From: Ophelia neglecta
Lineage: Eukaryota
Assembly (NCBI GenBank): GCA_965285935.1
Contig: OZ260663.1
Coordinates: 109,678,001-109,742,000, forward strand
DNA: 64,000 nt
Direction: 5' to 3'
Under the pieces are notes generated by a model, which was not told where the DNA came from, did not search any database, and saw only the letters and a program-made list of their open reading frames with translations. Shown one piece after another: positions 1-10,843 of this stretch. Numbering within the stretch: position 1 is the first letter of the stretch; each line of letters begins with the position of its first letter. A program made the translations under genes and the position numbers.

Positions 1-2476
1 ACCAGACAGAGCTGAATGGCCATTGACTGCAAATCGAGTTGGCAAACACCTGAGGTTTATTTGTTCAAGTGGAAAATGAACACGGTACAATTTTTTAAAA
101 GATACCTCAATGTTTTGCATTGAAAATACTTTATCTATTTTTAGGATAACATTACTATTCGTTATGATTTTTCTTTTATTCAAACCAGTTTGTCACTTAT
201 TATTAATTATTGGTTCTATCTAAACTAATAAGTGCCGGGTAAGTGGCCATTTAGTTAATACAAATTTATCAGTTACGCTTTCATTCTAATAATATAAAGG
301 GGTGAATGGAGAGAATTACCCAGAAGCTTTTATCTAGGCGTTACAACCTAAGAAACGTCGTTTGACGTAATTATCACGTTCTAGTTTGTTTTAACACTTA
401 CGTAGTGAAGTATTGTATTGGCTATTCCGCTTATCCTTGAGTAGGTTTGTTTATGCTGTGTTTTAGTATGTTGTAGCTTTACATGTTCTAAGAATATTGT
501 TTGACTGGTTTACTTAAAAGAATTTATATCGGCCTGACGAAGTGATATCTGCCACACTTCCTGTTCAAAGCCTTGTTCGCATCCTTCGTTGGGTGTGTTG
601 CGTTGATTATTCATGAGCATTTTTACATACATAAGAAGATAAAGTCATCGAAGACTCTTCCAGAGCTGGATCATGGTTCTAAATTTAAGGAAATTAAGCC
701 CCCCCCCCTCTCCCTCGCCTCATGAATACGGTTGTTCAATAGAGAATGAGAGTGCTTCATTCTCCCCAGACCGATGAACCTGGTCTCATTCTGTTTGGCA
801 TGTGGTATCATGGTGATTGTATCTTATGCCCATAACATTCGTCTCTGACATTAGAACATTACTCGACTGAGCACTGAGTTAATACAGATATGATATTTCA
901 CCCCAGCCAGTATGATTGAGAAACCTATTTGTTTGGCTTGATGGATTGAATGGCAAATGCCATGTTTGTGAAGTAAACAAGGGAGCAAAACTTTGTTTGA
1001 TCTCTGGCTGCATATCGCTTGACGCAACATCATTCTTTACCTAGATAACATTGGCACATTTAATCAGAGTCCCACATCAAATATGCGGATGCAAATATAT
1101 TGATTTGACAGTCACTACTTCAGGGACCCATTCAAGTTTGGGGCACAAAATAGAAACCATACGAATAATTTAGTAACCGTAACATTGATTGCATGGTTAC
1201 GATGTCCAGATTATCTATGCATTCCAAACAATCACGAATAGAGAACAATATGACTGCCGTCTGTCAGTTGCACGGGTGGTGTGCAAGTCTAATACAAATA
1301 CAATTGATTTGATGTACATTCCTTGCCTACAAAACTCTATTTTTATGCAATTTCGGCAGCAAAAGTGGCAATGTTGAGGATCCAATGAATTACATTGTAA
1401 AGAAAGTCTGCAATATTTTGATATTCTCGTGTGACACCAATAATGCAGCATTGAAAAATGTTCTGGGCAGTTCGCAAATTAACATAATACACTTATACTA
1501 AACTAAATCTATTCTGAAGAATGCCAACAAGTTTAACGCAACCCTCACTACGGGCGCAAAATTTGGTAAACAATAAAGGTAGTGAGTACTCTACAGGCAA
1601 TACGAAAACAACAATTAGGACTATATCCCATAAATGTGTCCGACTTGAAAGTTGACTAGAAAATACATTCACATATTGTTTTCCGTTTGACTGGGCCAGG
1701 TATAAACATGAATGTTGATACCTTATGGTTTCCCCCTCAGTTGGCGAGGTTAATACGTAGGGATCGAGGTGTAGTTGCTGTCCCTTTCAGTGGGCCTAGC
1801 ATAGTAAAAGGGAATGTTGATGCCTGATGGTTGTTCCCACAATGTGCATAGCAAATACGCTTATGATTAGGCCTATTAGATGGTCATTCCGCGCTCTGTT
1901 ATCACATTCTATTATAAGACATTTCCTCTAACGCGATTGAACCAGTTACATGTTATATTTGTTGATGTGGTTTATATTGTGTATTGAGTTTGGCAGTGCC
2001 TTCTCTCCTGTCAAGGGACTGATCCATTTGTAACATTTTTTGCAATGTCGCAAATACGAGAGAGCTTAGCTCTTCATAGACTCTCCTAGATCATATTGAC
2101 CAATAAATCATTTGTTCTGTATTTCTGAGTCGCATCTTGGAAAAAATTAAACTATTTTTCTTGAATGTGATATAATTTTTAGTTTGATTTATTTTCATTT
2201 CGTTATAGTCTGATTTACTGTTGGAGAGATAATGTTTGCGGATTGCAGCTGACTGTTTGTGATGATTTCGCATCGATTTGGCGGTCATATCTCAATGAAT
2301 GTCTTATCGTTGCCGGCTGGATACCAGCTCCTTTATGTCTAGAACATTCGGACTTTTTGGTTTTATCCACAGTTGTAGTAGTAAATTATATTTATTACAG
2401 TGCCAGTATGTTTATGATCTGTACTTATGACTCAACTTTTATTTAATGAATAATTATATGTTTATTTGCATTTCAG

Positions 2477-2512
2477 GAATTTTGCTACTTAAAAGGAGGA
2501 TTTCCCCTACAC
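2477..2512 (+). other. Candidate 36-nt microexon of an unidentified host gene
   Basis: Pyrimidine-rich acceptor TTTATTTGCATTTCAG| before it and donor AC|GTAAGT after it. Length is a multiple of 3 and two frames are open (EFCYLKGGFPLH in phase 0; ILLLKRRISPT in phase 1). Confidence 0.45.
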
Positions 2513-3089
2513 GTAAGTGCCTAACCTAATTCATATGGCATGTCTATATTATTTTGTGGATTTACAAGCATTTAATGTCGTCTTTTTAATTGACATTGCA
2601 AGTACATTCGTAAAGGCGTTTATCAAAATACAGAATCATGAGATTCAAATGAATGGAAGGTCTCGGGGAATCGAACTTCTATTTGCGAATGGTTGATGCC
2701 TGGTATCTCACGACGTTCAGAACTTTAAAGGTGTAGATCAAAGTTTCCTTCCTCTCACACGATTGACAGAAAGCGATCAGTTCAATTGAATTTGCACTTC
2801 CTACGTTATAGTGACATAATGACCGGAACTGTAAACAAAATATTGCTGGGCCAGAAAACTTTTCAGGGACATATAGAGGGTAAAATTGTTTGCAACACTA
2901 TTGCCAGACACTAGATTACCGAGAACAAATTCTACTTGAATGATCACCCCCATAAGCAAGAAATTTATGAAGAAAAGTCCTTCAGATATTCAACAAGTTT
3001 TTAACAATTAAGGCCAGTCTCAAGATTTATTAAAAGAAAGCAAAGGTGAGCTTTTGGGATACAATCTTTAGAGTGGTCAAACAAATTGT

Positions 3090-3335
3090 AATAAAATCAA
3101 AATTAAGATTCTGTCGTAGTTTAAATGAACCTTGGAAACAAAAAACTACATTAGGTTTAATGTTTAAGCTGCATCTGGGTATCTCGCCACTACATGTAGA
3201 GACAGGGTGGTTGCGTGGTACAGCCTTACGGTACAGACTGTGAATTATCTAAAGATCAGGTAGAAGACGAAGTGTATCTACTATTTGAATGTAAGGAATA
3301 TTGTAAATTACGAAGGGAGTTGATTCAGGGAATAA
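3090..3335 (+). mobile_element. Decayed non-LTR retrotransposon ORF2 C-terminus (RTE-X-like CCHC region)
   Basis: Reads KLHLGISPLHVETGWLRGTALRYRL, then after a stop/frameshift KDQVEDEVYLLFECKEYCKLRRELI. This matches the LINE terminal motif L.IETGRY...RLC..C...EDE.HFL.EC..Y..LR. Confidence 0.75.
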
Positions 3336-4230
3336 TTAACTTTTAATGGATTAAAAGTAGCCCTATAAGCTTCTAATTTTTAATTTACTACTACTACTAA
3401 AGATGCAGTGACAGGCTATATTTGGACCTAAGGTAAAATCCATATGCCTGGGTCAAGCTTGTGTCATTCATTATCTCTTTGGCCTCTTGGGGCTATAAAT
3501 AATGGAACCTATTGGTGTCATTTATTATCTAAATTGGCCATTGTTTATGTATATAATGGAATCTATTGGTTATTGTGGAGTTCTATAGAGCGCCGTACTA
3601 TGAACATGTTCTTATTCTCTTTAGCGTTATGAAATATTATAGTCGAGTTATTCGATATTCGCGTGCCTGTTGGTACTTCTAGACAACATGAAGCCCATTA
3701 AAGAGAGATATGACAGAGATTTGCCTTTTTGGGTTCATACTATCTGAAACCAGTGCTATCTATCTCACTTCCTCTCTGCGTAGTTTATGGTGACTTCCAT
3801 GATACGCGCTCTACCGAATTGCTTCCTTTTGTTTCGGCCTAAGTTATTTATCCAAGAGCACTCTCACAGTGGCAGCAGAACATGTTTATTTATGGGCAAA
3901 TCCAATTACAATGCTGTGGGGAAATGGAGGAAGTAATTAAAGGACGTACCTTAAAAAGCATTAGTCAAGGTTCATAAAAAGTTAGCAAAATAAAAAAGGG
4001 GTCAGCAAATAGGTAAAAAGGGTTTATGAAAACCCGCAGTTTTTATTAATGGCCGTCACACTTGAGATCTACTACCATTTGAGGTAGACATCCGAAGCTC
4101 TCAAGTATAGAACACTAACAGCAATTACGGAGATGGCCAGTATAATAGTTATAAAAAGAGGCCTATTTTCCATTGGAAATTTTGGAATCTTTCTCTCTTC
4201 ACAGTCTCATGTAACCGCGAACGTGTTAAT

Positions 4231-4558
4231 CACAGTGCCATGTTTGTCACAGCGCCGGGGTTGCCACGGAGCCTTGTCAATGCAAAGAACACCATGTGAC
4301 AGAACGGTGTTACGGAGCCGTTTCGCAGCACCGTATTGATCAAAGCGTTGCACAAAACAAAAAATGTGGCCGTGTCACAGACCTGTGTCAGCGCAGTGAT
4401 TGTAACAGACCCGTGTCTCATATAACAGAGCTATGGCAAAACCCCGAGTTTGTCACAGCGCCTTGTCACAACGACCTATCACAACGCCGTGTCACAGCGC
4501 TGTGTCTTTAACAGCCCCGTATTTCCTGTGGCACAGCGCCGTGTCATAGCGCCGTGCA
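4231..4558. repeat. Degenerate 13-bp minisatellite (GTCACAGCGCCGT)n
   Basis: Recurrent gtcacagcgccgt/gtcacagcgcctt units, clearest at 4452-4556. Confidence 0.7.
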
Positions 4559-5499
4559 CCAAAGAAGTTATACCGAGCTATTGAACAAATCAGCGTTTTA
4601 TCTAAATACGGCCTCATTCCAGGTCAAATGCATTTCCTTCCATCAGTCAGTGCAAATACATCTTGAACAAATAATAAGGCATTTGTGTGTGTTTTCCTGT
4701 TTAACTATAACCCGACTAATGTTAAATTAGGTTACTGAGGCCTGACTGATGTTACATTACTGTCAAAGTCGTATGGTGACGATCATAATAGAAGTAAATA
4801 ATAGGAATCTGGAATAGACTCATTGGAAACACGCATTTAAAGGAATAATGCCTATGATACATGCTTCATTGCACACTTTGAGTGATCAATTGGGACGACG
4901 GTTTGCTTGTAGTTCTCGAGAGTTTTTGATGCTGTTCGCTTGTAACAAGCTGTCAAGCATAGATTATGGACAATATTTATGCTCATTTCCCCTTGTTAAC
5001 AAAATCGATTATTGCTTCCGTTTCTATCTACTGATCAAGTGTAACCAATAAATCAACCAAACGTCAAGCTCGGCTGGTTATCATCTAATCTACATGGGCA
5101 TGATGAATGATAGGCACCAATGTGGCTTCATGAATGATATTGTATCGATAAATAATCAATTGGAAGCTGTATCATGAACATGGTGTAACTCTGGCCACAT
5201 GCTGTTCTACAACACAACATTCTGGAGAACACCATCCTACTAAACCGTCGATAACAAATAGTTCTACTTTGAGAAAACCACATTCATTCCAAAAAAAACT
5301 TTCATTCAACGGGTTATTGTTTAACCATGCCATGCAAAATTCACCTGATTTAATCAAACAAAATGCCGCAAAAGATGTAGCTCTACACATTGAATAATTG
5401 GGCATTAAGATACCTTATTCGTGGTTCAGTTAGTCGAGCCGGGCGCATTATTAAGTGAAATGCAGAACTCGCGCAGCGCTGCGACCCATGCCACTGGAG

Positions 5500-5670
5500 A
5501 CCAAGCTGAAAGCTACCTATGCTAGGCCAAGCACAGTACCTTGGGACTTAGTCACCGACTAAGCTAATAGCTTAGGGAGTTATGTAGCGACCAAGTCAAT
5601 TGCTTTGGGTTGCTACCTACAGACTAAGGCTAGGCCTTGGGGTTTTCTCTACCGATTAAGCTAACACAAT
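5500..5670. repeat. Degenerate ~35-bp tandem repeat
   Basis: Recurrent (acc)gactaagcta...ttggg motif, 4-5 poor copies. Confidence 0.45.
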
Positions 5671-5943
5671 CCTCCAATGTACCGACAGGACTGTCCGTTA
5701 TTCTCAATGTTCAACTCCTTTTTTGCTCTTGTGGGCTTCCTCGCTTCTTCTACTTCCGATCATTATTTCATTCTAGCGACGGCGTCCATGCCGATAGCTG
5801 AAACAGCTGAGACACTAGTAGTCTTTCCCTTCTCTTGATATCATTTTCCACGTTACAAAACAACCGAGAATTAATATATGACAGACAATTCATCAATCAA
5901 AAAAACAGCCCCGGTTCAAAAGGAACTGTGGCATCTATGATAA

Positions 5944-6215
5944 GAGTCATTCCATTTAACAAACGAGTCATTGGTCAGTGTGAGTCGAACCATACAACAA
6001 AAGAGTCATTGGTCGGTGAGAGTCAAAGAACAGAACAAACGAGTTATTGGTCTGTGTGAGTCAAACCATACAACAAAGGAGACATTGGTCTGTGTGAGTC
6101 ATTTTTTCAGTGTGAGTCAAATCATACAACAAACGAGTCATTGGTCTGTGTGAGTCGAACCATACAACAAACGAGTCATTGGTCAGTGTCAGTCAAACCA
6201 GACAACAACCGAGAC
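5944..6215. repeat. 39-bp minisatellite
   Basis: Unit AAACGAGTCATTGGTCAGTGTGAGTCGAACCATACAACA, about 6 copies. Confidence 0.9.
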
Positions 6216-8152
6216 AACTGTCACACATATTGTCTTGTGTTAGGGTATTCATTTCACTGAATGAACAATACCCACTCCCAGTCAACGAACCCACAGACTG
6301 AACGCGCAGCGCTCACTCCTGGTCAGTTAACGGAAAAGCTTATCGGACAGATACTTATCGGACAGAACATGGCTCAGATCCGAGGGTTAAGTCACATGCA
6401 CATAAACATTATCAAGTCTTGGCTCCCCCTTTTGATATGTCAGAGCTATCTCAAAACGTGGCATAGCGGGGATAGATGTCACAATGAACCTCGCTGTTGG
6501 GCTATGTGGGATCCCCATTAAGCCCTGCTGCTGAATATCCATCATACGATATTCTGAAACACTGATAACCCTTCTTAGCAGCCGAAAGAACTGTCTATAT
6601 GAAAGGTGCGCAGCTCTTTGTCTTAATTTGCTGCTCCCTGTGACTACCATCGGTCAGCTTTCGAGTTCAGTGGCCTGACGAAATGCCCCAAGCACACCCT
6701 TCTCCCTAACGTCTCCTTACCAAACCAAGACACGGCCGCCGTCAATGGCTGGCAAACGATGATGGATTAATCTCAAGGACCTCTTTGTCCTACGCCTATC
6801 AGCACTTTGTCTGTCTTGGTGTGATCGATCGCAGCACCTTTGAGCGAAAAAATAGGTTGAAGGATTAACAGGTAAAGTTACCCGGACCCTAGACATTTCG
6901 CAAACACGCGTCCAATACTTAAGTTTGCAGAACGGTGACGTGGACGTGTTAATGGACATGAAAAGTGCGCCCTTAATCCCCATTGCTCTGATACGGCACA
7001 AAGGAGCATCGTGTTGCTATTCTTATGCGACTCTTCCTTTCAGCATTTTCACCACACTTTCATATTTCCCCTGAGTCAGTTGCTAGGTGAGACGCATATT
7101 TCTTTTGATATACTTTGACACCATTTCAGCAGCGTACCGGTCGTTTGAGTACAGTGAGTACTATGAGTCTATTTTCTTATTTACTAGCATCACATGTGTG
7201 TAAATTTAATATAAACCAATTATGGTGTTACACTGGAATGGCATTCAATAGCAACGCACAAGATAAAACCCAGGTCAAATATCAGGAGATGTCAGGTGCA
7301 TATTCACTAATTAATGGCGTTTCTTTATCGCTTGTAATACACGAGGAATCAGGGAACCCACCTCCCTTAAAGTTGCCGAGAAATGCATATTAAAAGCATG
7401 CATTTAAGTTTTCAGATAAATGGCTATGCTGAGCCCGTTCCTTGGACAACAAGATACAGACAGTTTGCTGGGATTATCTTGTCTAATGCCTTACTAATCC
7501 CAAATTACTACATCGGCGGTCGCAACATGATAGAGTTTGGCATGCTAGGCAGGATTTCTGAGGGGAATATAATCCGATTATCATTTAAATGGTTAGCATA
7601 ACCCTGGGCAATAACTAGGAAAACTTGGGGATGCTTGGTGATTCTCAGATCAAACAACTGTTCATTTCTCTTAGCTACCTTGAGGTAGATGAAACTTTTT
7701 GTTAACGCAGAGCTATTTTTGCTGCTTCACACTGTCAAAAACGTTTTAGTAACGATCTTTTATTAATGTAAAACAGATGAGGTAACAGTGTCTGCCTGCA
7801 AGGCCACTTCCAGAATATCTCAAACTGACAAGAAAAAACTCTGGTCCTTTGCCAACAGGCATCATCTCCTGAATAACCGTCTGTATTAATATTTACCTGG
7901 ACGCCCGCTGGCACGGTCTGTTCTACGGACCTACTCGGCCTCGTGGCGTCAAACGTCTGAGTGACATAAATCGATAATCTACTCACTGCGGGACTTTTTG
8001 TCACATTATAAAATATACCGTTTATCTGTTTTGCGATTCTCAGATATTTCCCCGGGGTTGATTATACGTTGCAATTGGCTAATTTTTATGGGCATAATAA
8101 AGCGGTATAAAATATATCTCATTCTGTTTTTCCATTTTTACAATTTTGAAAT

Positions 8153-8475
8153 ATCTAATGATATGACTCGGGGATAAATGCATCACTCCAGCCATATTGC
8201 ATTGTTACCTGTTTACACATAGTGCACTGCCTGCTGAATACCCTGAATACACTGCCCACTGTATTCCCATAGCACTTGTATACCGACAGTACATTGTCAC
8301 CTGTCACCTGTATACCAACAGTGCAATGTCTCGTGTATACTCTTAGTGTATTATCTCATGTATACCCATATTAGATGTCTCCTGTATGCCCTTAGTTTAC
8401 TGTCTCCTGTAAAGACATAGTGTACTGTCTCCTGTATGCCCTTAGTTTACTGTCTCCTGTAAAGACATACTGTAC
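8153..8475. repeat. Leader plus ~25-bp minisatellite; locally duplicated at 8888-9100
   Basis: ATCTAATGATATGACTCGGGGATAAATGCATCACTCCA occurs at 8153 and 8888. Each is followed by ctgtctcctgtatacccatagtgta-like units. Confidence 0.85.
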
Positions 8476-8887
8476 TTAGGAGGCCAGTGTACTCTACGAT
8501 TCGAAATTAAAAATACACAAACGTTTGGATGAGCCGTGCTGAGTATCTGTATTGGGCAAATGATTTGCAAAAGAGAGCAACAGGCCACACCGTCTGCCTT
8601 ATGGTTATAATGGACGTCTTTTATCAATGCAGCTTGAGTTCACCCAATATCCCTGGCGATCAAGGTATCACTGGTATTGGAGGAAAAGGGGCCATGAAGG
8701 CTGATTAAGACCCCTCCCACAGCTTAGACAATCACAATAAACCTTCATGTATCTGTCCTAGTAGATTACAAACGACGAAAAGATCCATAACAATGGCGTA
8801 TTTATCGCTCAATGTTTAATTAAAATATTCTCGTATTAGCAATAAAAAAAGCCCTGCGCCTCAGATTTAATTCCTTTTTTTTGCAAC

Positions 8888-9100
8888 ATCTAATGATATG
8901 ACTCGGGGATAAATGCATCACTCCATCCATGTTCCACTGTCACCTGTATACCCATAGTGCACTGCCTGCTTAATAGCCTGAATACTATGCCCACTTTATT
9001 CCTATAGTGCACAATCACTTGTATATCGACAGTACATTGTCGCCTGTTTACCAACAGTGCAATGTCTTCTGTATACCCTTAGTGTATTATCTCATGTATG
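8888..9100. repeat. Second copy of the 8153 leader plus 25-bp array
   Basis: Direct repeat of 8153-~8365 with scattered substitutions. Confidence 0.85.
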
Positions 9101-9254
9101 TATGCGTGACGTCACCGTTTTTTTTGGGGGGCGGGGCAGGTGTTCAAAAGAAACAACTGTCCAAGAATGAGTTCCATTAAACGTACAGACTCAGACGTTT
9201 TTATTAAACCACAGCAGTAGCATTATAAAAACAAAATCATGGTGAAAACTTTGT

Positions 9255-9509
9255 TGTTGTTTGGGGTTTTACGTGGCTTTCAACACTTATCGATCATATC
9301 GCCACGGTGTCTACTTGTGACAGTGGGTTCAGTGCCCTCTTTAGAGTGCTGCCTCACTGGAGTACCTGCCGTAGACACCAGACAGGGAACCCCACCTAGT
9401 CACGTTATACTGACACCGGGTTGACCAGTCCTGATACGACCCCCGAAATACCGGGCGCCTGGCAGGGGAGCTATCCGTACCTATTTTTACGTCTTGGGTT
9501 CGACACAAT
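9255..9509 (-). mobile_element. tRNA-derived SINE, body and tail (head interrupted by LINE)
   Basis: Reverse complement aligns with the SINE at 14452-14717, including the (CAA)n tail. The first 10 nt of its head lie at 10844-10853. TSD AAAACTTTGT at 9245-9254 and 10854-10863. Confidence 0.92.
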
Positions 9510-9574
9510 TGAATTGAAATATTTTATTCAGTATTACAGCAACATTACAGCAACATTACAGGAGTACAGATAGG

Positions 9575-9611
<37 letters not shown>

Positions 9612-10843
9612 CGTAATACTTGGACGCCAGTAATAGCCGGAGCCGTTGGCACTGGCCGCCCTAAAAAAATATATATACACAGTCGGTTACATAGATAACT
9701 ACATTTGAAGATGTTACAATCTTCCTGATAAAGTAACAGAAACTCTAGAATAGACTAGGAGAAGCGGTATCTCCCCGATCAGATACATGAGGATTCTATG
9801 TACAGCAAGGCGAAACAGGGTTTTAATTGCATTGAATTAACGGCAACAGGACATAGTCGAGAAATATACAAGTATTAAATACAATAAACTGTTCTATGTA
9901 GTTAAAACGAGATATTACTTACACTTCTGACACACATAACAGTTTTTAATCGAACATACATCACTGTAGCTTTCAATAAGATTTTTCTTGACACTGTGTG
10001 GGTTTCTTACATCGATTCTAGGATTTTCAATTTTAATATTCACCAACATGCGATTTATTTTAAAAGATATACACTGTTTCATAAAATTTGTTCTCCTATT
10101 GGATACGTCAATGCGAGTTCTATTTCTAGTGTTATATTGATGGCCAGATACCCTGGGTGCCAAACATTTAGCTATATATACTGGACAATCTCCGACCAGT
10201 GCCTTATTATACAATCTAATACTTTGCTTAACAACCATGTCATTGAGCTTGAGAATTCCAAATTTTTTAAAGAGGGGCTCAGTGTGAGCAATATAAGAAG
10301 TCTTGTCAATTATTCGCATAGATCGCTTTTGTAGCGAGAATAATCTGTTGGAGTTTCGGCCAGTCGAGTCATTGAACCATACTAGCAAACCGTACATGAG
10401 ATGTGGTTGAATTAGTGCGTAGTAAATAGTTCTCAGGATATATGTTGGTAATTGATGTTTAAGTTTGTTAAGAATGCCATTTATTTGAGCTATCTTTTTA
10501 CATTTTGTGTCAGTGTTGCACTTCCAAGTGAGATGCTGATCGAACCAGATGCCTAAAAATTTATAGTCAGAGACACACTCTATCTGTTTATTGTTCAATA
10601 CCACCGAAAGTGTACTACAGTAAGGGGGGAGAGGTTTATTTGCACTACGGAAAATCATATACTTTGTTTTAGAGACGTTAAGAGACAACTTGTTTGCATT
10701 CATCCAACAATTGACTTTGTCAAATTCAATATTCATATTGAAAATTAAATCTAGTATATCAACATTTTTAAATAGCAGGCTGGTATCATCAGCGAAAAGA
10801 ATGTCTTTGGAAATTTCAGAGGCTTCACACAGGTCATTCATGT
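9510..10843 (-). mobile_element. Young 5'-truncated LINE, CR1 group (L2/Crack-like)
   Basis: Uninterrupted RT C-terminal ORF, ~400-nt 3'UTR with an internal T34 tract (A34 at 9575-9608 on +), AATAAA, then a short (TTCAA)n tail at ~9508-9518. Confidence 0.92.
9915..10841 (-). CDS. LINE ORF2 reverse transcriptase C-terminal part (5'-truncated, 308 aa)
   Basis: Motifs NDL...LFADDT, NKLSLNVSKTKYMIF, KFLGIWFDQHLTW, YYALIQPHLMYGLLVW, LQKRSMRII, HTEPLFKKFGIL and terminal CSIKNCYVC. The ATG is internal, at the truncation point. Confidence 0.9.
   Translation of the reverse strand: MNDLCEASEISKDILFADDTSLLFKNVDILDLIFNMNIEFDKVNCWMNANKLSLNVSKTKYMIFRSANKPLPPYCSTLSVVLNNKQIECVSDYKFLGIWFDQHLTWKCNTDTKCKKIAQINGILNKLKHQLPTYILRTIYYALIQPHLMYGLLVWFNDSTGRNSNRLFSLQKRSMRIIDKTSYIAHTEPLFKKFGILKLNDMVVKQSIRLYNKALVGDCPVYIAKCLAPRVSGHQYNTRNRTRIDVSNRRTNFMKQCISFKINRMLVNIKIENPRIDVRNPHSVKKNLIESYSDVCSIKNCYVCQKCK

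Noticed and set aside
6387-7001. ORFs resembling a LINE endonuclease end (TYQKGEPRLDNVYV)
   Set aside because: A single short motif with no other APE motifs in register.
9575-9608. A34 as the poly(A) tail of a plus-strand retrocopy
   Set aside because: It lies within the 3'UTR of the minus-strand LINE, upstream of its AATAAA and (TTCAA)n end.
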